Shown here piece by piece: positions 23,121-34,167 of a DNA stretch of 64,000 nucleotides. A model generated the notes under the pieces. The model searched no databases. It had not been told where the DNA came from and saw nothing but the letters and a program-made list of their open reading frames with translations. Position numbers and translations under genes: made by a program. Positions within the stretch are counted from its first letter, which is position 1; every line of letters starts with the position of its first letter. The stretch is from Cyanophora paradoxa CCMP329 (Eukaryota; Plantae; Glaucophyta). The stretch covers positions 62,001-126,000 of the forward strand of contig QPMI01000496.1 in assembly GCA_004431415.1 (NCBI GenBank), in the 5' to 3' direction.

Positions 23121-26100
23121 ATGCCGCGCACGCTGGTTGTGGATGCATCCCCAGGCGCCGCCGCCGGCTCGCACCGCTCGCTCCGGGCCGCGCTGGACGC
23201 CGCGGAGGATGGCGACGAGATCCGAATGCGGCCGGGGCTATACCTCGACGACAAGACGATCAAGGTCACAAAGTGCGTCCGCATCATCGGCCAGGGCGTG
23301 AGGGACAAGCCAGTGCTTCAGCGAAGCGGAGCGGAGGGCTGCGTGCTCGCCCTCGCGGGCCTGCAGGGCGTCGTGTGCAACGTGGTCGTGCGGCCGTCTC
23401 CGGACGCGCGGCTCATCGGCGGCATACACCTCTGCGGCGGCGGCGAGTATACTATCGAGCAAGTTAGCGTTTCGGCCACGGACGGGGCCGAGGCCGTGCT
23501 CATTAGCAACCGTGCGCATTCCCGTCGCCCCGTGCTGCCGCCGCGGCCCGAGCTCCGCCGGCGGCAGGCGCGCGCGCGACGCTGCGGGGCTGCACGATCG
23601 GCCGCTGCCGCACGGGCGTGCTGGCGGAGCCCGAGAAGTGCGCCGTCGACGTGCGAGACTGCGAGATCGCCGGCGCCGTCGCCGACGGCATCCGCATCTG
23701 CTCCTCGTGCGCCACGCCCGGATCCGAATCCGCCGCGCGCCGCCGCCGCCGCCCGCCTCGAACCCGGGGCCGCCCCGCAGCTCGTTCGGGCGGATCAAGG
23801 ACAACGTGATCCACAACGTCCGTCGGCACGGCATCTTCTGGGCCCTCGCGACCTTCGGGCAGTGCGCGAACAACACCGTGTACCACTTCGGGGGCGAAGG
23901 CATCCGCAAGGAGCCGAAGCTCGGCGTCCAGCTCGCCGACAACCGGGTACCCGTTTGCCCTGGGGCTCGGGGGTATGCGGCATCGTCCCGATCGGCCGGG
24001 GTACAGGTGGACTCGCTGTTCCGGCCCTCGGGGCACGTGATCACGGTGGACGGGTCGGCGGCGCCGGGCGGGTACGACGTCGACGAGGAGGAGGAGGAGG
24101 AAGAAGAAGACGGAGAGGGCGAGGGGGAGGAAGAGGAGGGGGACGAGGAGGCGGAGGAGGAGGAGGCGGAGGCGGCGGCCCCCGCACCGAAGGCCAGGCC
24201 CCGCCTCGTGCGCACCCTCATGGCTGCCTCCGTGTTCATGCAAGGTACCCCCCGCCCTCCTCTAGTCCCCGTCGCTCCCGTTCCTCCCCCGTCTGCTCCG
24301 ATAACTGACGCGCCCCCCAGAGGGCGACGAGGTGGTCCTGGCGTCGGGCGAGCACCACGTACCCTCCCGCGTCTCGATCCCCGCCTGCGTTCGCATCCGG
24401 GGGCGAGCGCTTTCCCTGCCGCCCCTCACCGGCCCCGCCGTGCGGCGCCGCTCACTCGTCGGGCCCAGGCGGGGACCGGGCGCTGTCGTCCGGGGGGCCG
24501 GCCTCCTCCTCTCCGCACCCTGCGGCGAGCTCAAGGTGCGCGCGCGCGCGCGGCCCCCCCCGCGGCGCCGTGCCCTTGCCCTGGTAACGCCGGCGCAGGG
24601 GCTCGCCGTGTGCGCGGCGGGTGGGGACGCTCTCGTGGTCGACAAGTCGGCGAGGTGGACCCTCAGCGACGTCCACGCCTGCGCCCCCGCCGGCGCCGGC
24701 CTCAAGGTGCGGCCTGCGTCCTTTCTCTAGTTCTTCCTGTACCCCCCGATGTTGAGCGCCGGGGGTACAGGTCTCTGCCGGCGGCTCCGCGGCAGCGGTC
24801 GGCTGCCGCTTCGTCGGATGCCGCGCGGGCGCCGAGCTCGCCCCGGGCGTGCGCCCCTACCCCCCCGTGGCATCCCCCACGATCCGAATCTAACGCGTAC
24901 CCCCGCCCCGCTCAGGCCTGCCTCACGATGGCGTCCTGCGACGTGTACGGGTCCCAGGCTGCCGGCATCGAGGTGGTACCCCTCCCCGACGGGGGGTACG
25001 GCTCCTAACGGCCGGAGCCCCCTTCGCTCAGGTCTCGGAGGGCGCTTCGGCCTCTGCGGAGCGATGCCGGATCCACGACGGGGCCGGGCCGGCGCTGCTC
25101 GTCGTACCCCGGTGCGCCGCTACGATCTCGTACCCTCTCCTTCCTCCGCACGCCGGCAGCCGACGCGCCCCGCAGGCCCTTAGCCCCCGTAGCACCCTCT
25201 ACCCCCACCCCGCCCGCCCCCTCCGCCCAACTCGCCCTGCGCGCCGTCGACCTCTGGAACCTCCCCCCCCGCGCCCCCGTACCCGCCTCCGTACCACCCT
25301 CCTCCTACCGGATCCTCCCGTCCCCCCCACCGGGGTACAGGCACGCCGAGTCCATGCAGCTGCTGGCGCGCTACGTCTCGCTGGCCCTACCCCCCTCCCG
25401 GACCGCGGTAGCCCTCTCCCAGCGCCCGGCGACCTCGGCGGGCACCCGCTCCGTACCCCCCGCCCCTCTTGCCCCCGGCTCGAGGGCCGCTCCCGGCGCC
25501 GCCCCACAGGCCCCGTACCCCGCCCCTCCGCGTACCGCTCCGGCCCCCTCCGCCTCCGCCTCCGCCTCCGCGCCGCCCGTACCCCCGGCGCGCCCGGGGG
25601 CGCAGGTGCCGGCCAGCATTCCCGAGGAGGAGGCCGGGCCGCGGGTGCTGGTGGTGGGGGACTGCGGGGCGGCCCCCGGGGGCCTCGGCCCCTTCGCCAC
25701 CCTCGAGGCGGCCCTGCGGGAGGCCTCCGAGGGGGACGAGGTCCGCCTCCGCCCCGGCGTCTACGAGTACCCCGACGAGATCGAGGTCCGTACCCCCCCC
25801 TCTTTCTTCTTCGCTGCCCTCCGACGCTTCGTTCGCAGGTCGGCGAGGGGGTATCGATCGTGGGGGAGGAGGGCGGCGGGGGCGTGACCCTCCGGCGCGT
25901 CGGCTGCGGCGGCGCCGTGCTTTTCCTGAACTCCGAGGCGATTATTCCCGTACGCCCTCCGATTCGCGTGCCCCTGACGTGCCTTCGCAGGCCGGGGGTA
26001 CGCTGAGGAATCTTCGGGTGGCGGTGGCGGCGGGGGGAGTCGGGGGGATGGGCGTCGCGGGGGTAGTCGTCGGGGGAGGCGACTGGACCCTCGAGAACTG

Positions 26101-26643
26101 CGAGGCGAGCGTGCCCCTCGCACCTCTCCCGCCCCAAGAATCTAATCCGGTACCCCGCAGGTCAGCTGCAGCGGGGGGGACGCAGCCGTGCTCTTGAACG
26201 GGCCCGGTACCCCCTCGGCGACCCTGCGGCGCTGCCGGCTGCTCCGCTGCGGGAGGGGCGTCCACTGCGCCCCCGGCAGCCGCGCGCGGCTGATTCAGTG
26301 CGAGGTGCGTCGCTTCTTGCGGCCAACGCCCTGTCGAATTCGACGGTGCGCGTACCCCCGCAGGTCTCGCTCTGCGCGCTGGAGGGGGTGCTCGTCGAGT
26401 CGAAGGCGCGCGCGGGTACGTGCTTCCGATCCCGGCATGCGGCGCGCGCGGCCTTATCGGGGTTCTGGGCGGGCGGCAGAGCTGCGGTCCTGCACGATCA
26501 GCGATGTGGCAGGGGCCGGGCTGTGCGTGGCGGCGGGCGGCCACTGCGCCGCCGCCCTCGGCGGGTCGGCGCGCGACGCGACATCCCTCGCGCGCTGCGG
26601 GCGGGGGGAGGTGGAGGGGGCGCTGGCCCCCCTCCCCGCGTAG
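23121..26643 (+). CDS. Right-handed parallel beta-helix (pectin-lyase-fold / NosD-CASH-like) protein with three tandem modules
   Basis: Three copies of the beta-helix cap motif: SLRAALDAAEDGDEIRMRPGLY, TLMAASVFMQ|EGDEVVLASGEH and TLEAALREASEGDEVRLRPGVY. Each is followed by coils such as VRDCEIAG, IKDNVIHN, AERCRIHD and LRSCTISD. Confidence 0.8.
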
Positions 26644-27321
26644 CTCCAGGCCCCCCGCTTTCTTCTTGAAGTGCGCTGAAGCCTTTTGGCTTGGAGCCAG
26701 CCTGCCAGCACCGTGAATGTGCGCTCGTGCGCGTTAGTGGACGCAGCTTGTGCGTATCGCTAGCCTACGCCGCATGCGCGCATGCAGCGCGCGCTGCGCG
26801 CGCGGCCGATGCGCGGGCGTGCGTTGGTTCCTTAGACAAGCAAGAGATAAGGCTGCCGCTGTACCCCCAGCGACCAGCGGACCAGTGGAGATCGATTGCT
26901 AACGTCACGCAATTCCATGCAGGCTGGATATCGATGCCAGCAGAGACTCCCGGGAATTGCAACTTCAAATCGAAAGCTTGCAAGTTGATCATCGCACCAG
27001 CTAGCGCGCTTCTTGAGCCTGGCAAATTGCGAAGGATCGGAGCAAGCTCGAGGATCGGACGCCGCTCACGGCGCCCATGCTCAGCTCGCGGGCGGGCTCG
27101 TCGCCGCCAAGCCTGCAAAACAGCCTGAGAAGTGCTGCAGCAGCTGTCAGCGCCGACTAGTACCGGGTCTGCTTGACTCGGCGGAAGAACGGTGCGCGCC
27201 ATGACGCGCGCGTACGCGTTCAGAGCATTCCTGCCCAGCGTTTCTTGCTTTGAGCGTCGCGTTGCAGATAGGCGCTGAAGAAGAGCGCGTCGGCCTTCCC
27301 TCGGAACGAGGAGATATATCG

Positions 27322-30300
27322 ATGGCGTGTACCTCAAAGGGCGCCACTACCGGGGCGCTCCCATTCCTGTGGAAAGGCGCAATGGAGGGCGATGATCTTG
27401 AAACAGCGTCCGAGAAGCGCCGGGCGCAAACCCGCTCCCCGGCGAATGATCAGAGCGCGAGCGATCAGAGCCTCGACCGAACGGGGGCGCAGTTGACTTT
27501 CTGGCTCTCGTTCAGCGATCCTGAAGATGAAGAAGCGTACCAGCAAGGCTGGTGAGCTCTCCAGCCGATTCTCGCGCGAGATCAAATGCGGCGACTCTAA
27601 CTTGCTGGCGCGCGCTTCGCGCGCTCAGGGTCATGAGCTCCAGGCGAAAGTTCCACACATTCTGCGTCGCGGCGATGGCCATACACTACCTCCGCCTCGC
27701 TGTGATGGTTTACCAAGGCGCCAGCAACGGGCTCATCTACTCGGGGGTCCTGCTGTGCGCCCGCGTACGCGCCGGCGCCGCGCTCCTCTCGCCCCGCTCA
27801 TGCAGCGCGCGCTGCAGCGTGACGATTGCGACGGGAGGCTGGTTCACTTCCGGCATGCGCGCGATCACGGAGGGCCCTCCCACTCGCTGGATGATCTACA
27901 AGTGCGCAAATCCAGTCTCTCTGCTCCGCAGCAGCGCCTCCCCGCTCAGACGCGGTCGCAGCTACGTCATCCTCCTCCTCGTGTACACGGCGGACGCGGT
28001 GCAGTTCGTGGTGGACGGGCTCGACGGCGGCGGCTCCAGCGGCGGCACCGTCGGCAACCTGCGGTGCGTGCGCGCCGGCGAACGCGCATTCTCGCGCCGA
28101 GCTCGAGATTCGATGGGGGGCACGCGCAGGTTCTTCCCGATCATGATCATCCTGCCGTGCATCACGATGGGGACGCCCTGGCACCACTCGGCCGCCTCCG
28201 GATGCTCCTTCACAGTCGCCTTCGCGCTCTGCCACCGCCTCGGCCTCTTCCCCCGCATCGCCCTCTCCTCCGACGGCGCGCCCGCCCCCGCAGGATTCGA
28301 TCCCTCGGATATCGATTTGCGATTTGACCCGAATTCGATCCCCGCGCGCAGACATGGCGACCATGGCCGCGTACCTCGGGTTCGGCACCGTGGTGGCCCA
28401 CTTCCACGAGGCGCGCATCCGGCAGGCGAGCTGTACCCCTTCCCCCTTCCCCTTCGCCCCGCCCCCTGCCGGCTTTCGCCCTTCCGCCCCGTTGAGCTCT
28501 GGCTGGGTACAGGCGTGGATGCTCACGCGGCGGCTCCGTCAGGCTAAGGGTGCGTGCGGCCCGGCGCCGCTTTCTTGCCATTGAACCTACCCCCCGCCTC
28601 CCTTTGGTCCCGCGCACCCCGACCTGCGGCCGCCCCCGCAGACGCCGCGGACGCAGGCGTCCGAGCCAAGTCGGTGCGCCCCTCCCCGCGCCGCGCCGCG
28701 CCGCGCCCGCGCCGCCCCGCCGGCCGCCGAGCGCCCCCGCAGCTCTTCCTCTCGAACACGAACCACGAGCTTCGGACGCCGCTGCACGGGATCATCGGGA
28801 TGACGGACCTCCTGATGGAGACGCCGCTCAGCGGGCAGCAGCTCGAGTACCTCCAGGCCCGCCCGCCCGCCGGCTCCGAGGCTCCCGCCCCCGCGGGAGA
28901 GCTGACGGGCGGGGCGGGGCGGGCGGCAGACTGTGCGGCGCTGCTCGGAGAGCCTCCTCGCCATGGTCTGCGGTGCGCGGCGCCCTGCGCAAAGCCACGC
29001 AAAGCCCACTAACAAAGCAACGGGCCTCGCCCTCGCGCCCTCGGCAGACATCCTGGACCTGGAGAAGGCGGAGGCGGGGCAGCTCGAGCTGGAGCGCCGC
29101 CCCTTCCTCCTCCGCGACGCCCTCGAGGCCGTGCGCCCTACCCCCGCCCGCCCTGGGACAAGGCGGCCGCCCACGCCCCGCGCGGACATCAGGTGACGGA
29201 CATTGTGTTCGTGGGGGCCCAGCGCGCCGGCGTCGACATCGCCTCCCTCGGCGCGCCCCCCCGCCCTCCCGCCCTACCTCCCCCCCCAACGCCCGCCTGA
29301 CGCGTGCTCTCCCCGGGGTGCAGTGGAGGGCGGGCTGGCGTCGCGGCGCGTGGTGGGCGACGTGACGCGCTTCCGCCAGGTCCTCCTCAACCTCGCCTCC
29401 AACGTCCGCCCCCGCCTCGCGCCGGAGGGAGGGGCCGCGCGCAGCTAGCTAGATGTTGGCGGGGACCCGGATGCCGCCGGCCCGTCTTCGGCGGCGCTAG
29501 ACGGCGGCGGGGCCGGCGGGGGCGGGGGCGGGGGTGCGTGACTCGGGCGGGGCTGGCGCAGGCGGTGAAGTTCTCGTCGCGGGGGGCGGGCGGGGAGGCG
29601 GGCCGCCCCGCCCCCGCCCCCGGGCACGTCCTCATCCGCGCCGAGGTCCGAACGGAGCTCCCAGCCCTCCTGGAGGGCGCCTGGAGAGCCCCCCCTCGCA
29701 CCGCATCCTTTTCCCGACGCTCCGGATGCAGGCGGCGGACCCTCCGCCCGGGGATCCCCGCACCTGGGTGCGCGTCTCCGTCAAGGACGACGGGATCGGT
29801 ACCCCCCCGCCTCTTCCCCCCCGGAGCCTTGCCTGCCCCCGCCCCCGCCTTGACGAACGCTCGCCTTTCCCCCTCTAAGGTATCCCAGCCGACCGCATGG
29901 GGTACACTCTCCCCTCCACTCCTCCTGTACCCCCTCCTCCCTGACCCCGTACCCCAGGCAGCTCTTCCGCCCCTTCTCGCAGCTGGACTCGACGCACACG
30001 CGCAAGTACGGTGCGCTGCCGTTGTTAGCTTCTCGCGCCCCTCCCCTCTGCTCCGCGCCCCTCACGCCCCCGTTTAGGGGGTACGGGCCTCGGGCTGGCG
30101 CTCGCGAAAACCATCATCGAGCGGATGGGCGGGTCGATCGCCGTCTCGTCCACCCCCGGCGAGGCGCGCTCGGCCACCGGGCTCGACCTGGGGCCTCATC
30201 CGATCCGCCTGATCTGATCTGATCGGCAGGGTGCCCTCTTCACCGCGACGCTGCCGTTCGAAGCCTGCGAAGCGGAGTCTGCCGCGGACGCGCAGCCTCA

Positions 30301-32247
30301 TCCACCGCAGCTCTCCTCCCGCGCCGCGCCGCCCCATTGCCGCCGGCCCTCGCCCCTCCCGCCGCCAACCCTCGCGGCCCCGGCCCCGGCCCACGCGGCG
30401 GCCGTGCGGGTGCGCCTGTGGCGCTCCAGCACTCTGCGGGCCCTCGAGGAGACCCTCCCAAGCCTGGTCCGCCCCTCCACCCCAGCGGAACCCGTCACCG
30501 GTCCCTCCGCTCAGACCGCTCTGAGCTTCGTTCGCAGCGCTACGCCCCGCTGGACCCCGCCGCCCTCGACCGCTTCCCTCAGGTGAGCCCTCTGACATCG
30601 ACGCCCCGCCCCCGCCTGATTCTAATCCCTCTCAGGCGGTCCTCGTGACCGACTGCCCCGAGGAAGCGGTCGCGGCGCGCGCCTCCCGGCCCCCGCGCCC
30701 CGTCGTCGAGCTGGGTCCGCACCCGTACCCCGCATCGCCCCTCGCCCCCCCGGCAACTCACTCGCTCCCCCATCGCAGTGACGCCCGGCCGGAGCGTGGA
30801 GGAGGGGGGTAGGATCCCCGGGCGGCTGCTCCTCCCCGTCAAGGCGCGCTCGCATCGGCTCAGATCTGATCCGATCCGATCTGATCTGACGGGCGGCGCA
30901 GCTCGAGGCGCTGCGGCGGGCGCTGGAGGAGGCGGCGGGGGCGGCCCTCGCGCCCCCCTCCTCCTCCCCGCCCTCCTCCTCCTCCCCCGCCTCGGCCTCG
31001 TCCCCCTCGTCCCCGCCGCCGCCGCCGCCGGCGCCGCTGCGGGCCGTGCGGGGCCGCCACCGCGCCCTCATTGCCGAGGTCAGGTCCCCCCGCCTTCCGT
31101 CCCGGGCCCTGGGCACCCAGAGAGGGAGAGGGAGGGGGAGGGATACGGGGGAGCGCGCGCAGGACTAGCTGGCGCTGGGCATCGGGCTCCTCCCCCGGGC
31201 TCCAACCCCCTCATCCCCCCCCGCAGGACAACGAGGTGAACGCGCGGGTGCTCTCGCGGATCCTGGGGCGCCTCGGCTTCGAGCTCGCCGTCGTCGAGAA
31301 CGGCCAGGAGGCCGTCGACGCCGCCCGCTCGTGCGCCCGCGCCCCCCACGAGCCGCCCCCACCGCTCACGGGCACGGGCGCGCGCGCAGGGGCCGGTTCG
31401 ACGTGGTGGTGACGGACATCAGCATGCCCGTCAAGTCCGGCCTCGAGGCCTGCCGCGACCTCCGCGCCCTCCAGGTGCCCCCAGCTGCTGCTGCTGCCTC
31501 GCCCGCCCCCACGGCTCGCTTTCGTCTCGACGCCTAGACCGGCTAAGTCGCTCGAGATCAAGTGTCGTTCTCTGGACCTAGATTCATTTGTCGCGCGTGC
31601 AGGCGGCCGGAGAGGCACCCCCCTCGCTGATCATCATCGGCTGCTCCGCCAACGCCACGGTACCCCCCGCGGCCCTCCTAATCTATTTCCGGACCTCATG
31701 GTCTCGCCTATGCTCGCAGAAGGAGGACCGGGAGAGGGGTATGGCGGCGGGGATGGACGGGTACCTCCAGAAGCCGTGCCGCCTGCCCCAGATCGAGGCA
31801 GCCCTCCTCGAGGCCCGTACCCCCCTCCCGCCCAATCAAATTTGAGTCGTAAAGCGCTTTTCAAACTTTTGAATTCAGGTGGGGGCACTGGAGAGGGCCC
31901 CTGGGTTGCCGCCCGCGCCCGACTCGCCGAGAACGTCGACGGTGAGATTCGAACCCGGGGTCGCGCGCGCCCGCGCCTTTGACTCGCGCCTCCGGCTCTG
32001 ACGTTTGCCCCGGCGCCGAGCGCAGTCCCCGGAGAGCAGCGGCAGTCTGGGTGGCGGACCGGGGGCCGGGGCGTCCCCGGGGTCTGGCAGCCCCAAGCCC
32101 CGCCCGGAGGGCGGCGGCGCGAGCCCGAGCCCGCCGCCCGTCGGATCCGGCGGCCCCCCCGAGATCCCGCGACCAACCTTCCGCAGGCGCCGCTCGATCC
32201 CAGCCGCGGACGCGGCCGCCCCGTCGACGTCGTTCTTCCCCCGGTAG
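27322..32247 (+). CDS. Membrane-bound hybrid sensor histidine kinase (multi-TM, HisKA, HATPase, REC)
   Basis: H-box [19 protein letters not shown]-box [12 protein letters not shown]|AVKF, G1 VKDDGIG, F-box [10 protein letters not shown]2 YG|GTGLGLA, and REC AE|DNEVN...VVTDISMP...YLQKP. The last two low-complexity exons are joined through a GC-AG intron after 31811. Confidence 0.95.
30863..30890. repeat. Intronic (GATCY)n pentamer array, with similar arrays at 30209-30224 and 36168-36197
   Basis: gatctgatccgatccgatctgatctgac lies just upstream of a 3' splice site. Confidence 0.8.
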
Positions 32248-33332
32248 AGCAGCAGCGGCAAATGCCGTCCTGATCACGATCGACTACGGATTTTCCTTCC
32301 CGGACGCCTGTTTCGTTTAATCTAGGCTAGTCTCGAATTTATGCCTTTCGATTCTGTTTTGGCGCCTAGGCCTCGGGACTCAGCTCCCATTCCATTTTGG
32401 GTTCGAACTTGGGAATGCTATAGCTAGTAACTGCACTTGTGTGCATGTGTTTCTGGACTGCTCATTAGATCTGCAGCATTTCATGAACAAATTTGAGTGG
32501 GCGCCGCAGCTGAGCCTGCGTTCGCGTCATTTCATGATCATGAACAGTTTTGAGTGGGGGATTGCTTCGAACTCCGTCTGCGTCTGATTTCAATTTTGGG
32601 TTTTCTCATTAGATTTCTAGCTAGACGTCTAGATCTGGGTAGTAGTAGTAGTAGTGTGTACATGTAACATCTAAGCCGGCGCCTGCCAGTTGGCAATGCG
32701 CATGCGGTCTATTAGGAGGAGCTCGAGGAGGCCGAAATCCCTCCCGCCGGGCCCTCGTGGGGGCCGCTCCGAGGCTCGCCTCAAATTCAATATTGCAAGG
32801 CCCCTTAAGCTTGGCTTCGAGCACGCGGCCAGCGCGGCATGCGCAGCAGTCAAGCGGGCACATACGTACAGTCAAATTACAGACAGCCAGAAATGCAGCA
32901 GATACGTACAGCCGCTGAGCAGATGAATCACTCTCGTCTACTATCCACTAAGTCGACGTCAGAGCTGCAGCTATTCTATTCAATTATAATTAGCTACAGG
33001 GCGAACATCAAACGGACTCGAGTTCGATGACTACAGCTATCACATGTGCTAAGATACCGATAAGATCGAGCGGGAATATGCAAACCAAACTAAAGTACGA
33101 CCGAAAAAGAGAGTACACGTCTGCACACAAGGCTTTGAAAAGGCGCTGCTCGGAGGCTCCTCTCACTAATAGACACCCAAGCAGTGGACGCCATCCTCTT
33201 CTCGCAGAATTGAAAACGAAAACCCCGCCCGAAGCAAAGAGACAAAGCGTATCTACAGAATCGCAAGTGAGGTACCGGTGTTGTACAGGGCCGCACGACG
33301 CGCGCGACGCCGCGCCGGCCGGGGCCGGGAGA

Positions 33333-33706
33333 TCAGAAGTCCATCAGGACCTGTTGGCGGGGCGGGCGATCAGTGGCGGGGAGAGACGAGAGAGCGTGCG
33401 CTGAGAAGAAGAGGCGGTGGCCCCGAGGTGTTCCCTAGGCGGCGAGCGCGCGGGGCTCACCAGGACCTCCCACGAAGCGGCGGCGAGGCCGCCAGCGACC
33501 ACGCGACGCTTCTGCCGCCCGACGGCCGGCTGCCAGTGCTTTACGGTCGCTTGGATGGGCGCCTTCTTGTCGGCTGGCCGGGTCATGCCCGGCGCCGTCG
33601 GCACGTGCTTCGGCCGGGTTGCGGCCGCTGGCTGGGCCGGCCGGGCCGACGCGTGCGAATGGGCGCAGCGGTAGGGAAGGAGCGCCGTGCTCGGAATTGG
33701 AGGCAT
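33333..33706 (-). CDS. Putative small basic Pro/Ala-rich orphan protein (about 87 aa), 2 exons
   Basis: ATG at 33706, an 82-codon exon, a GTGAG...CTGAT...CAG intron (33351-33460) and terminal exon VLMDF*. No recognisable homology. Confidence 0.35.
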
Positions 33707-34167
33707 GTTGTCGGCGACCTGACGGGAAGTGACGGACGCCCCAGTTAGCGGATCTCAGTTCAAAGCCTTATCCCACCGAGTTGCGTACGCACCACGTCAA
33801 CTAAACTGTATGATAGGTGTGCTTGCGCTGTTCTGTCGCCGGATCGGCGGATCGGCAGGGTTGCCTGCGCTTACTCATGTCACTGCGCGCGAAGACCAAA
33901 GATGGACCCGGCGCGCATGGCAGGGGCACGTACGATAGCGTACGAGGTTGAAGGTGCTCGTAGCTTGATTGGCAGGGGCGTATGCGCGCCGGGAAACGCT
34001 GTTCGGAAATCGGAGAAGTTTAGGGGGGAAGGCCGGGATGGGGGGTAGAGGCTTCGACTCCGTCAACTCCGGCAACAGCGCCCCGCTCGATCTCAGTAGC
34101 CCCTTAACTTCAGAGGAAGCGCCGCGCGATACGGAGGCGCCGCGCGGGACGTGACGTGAGCTGCAGC

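Noticed and set aside
26765-27337. 190-aa minus-strand ORF upstream of the His kinase
   Set aside because: No recognisable motif, moderate GC unlike coding exons, and no convincing splice model. It is probably promoter or intergenic sequence.
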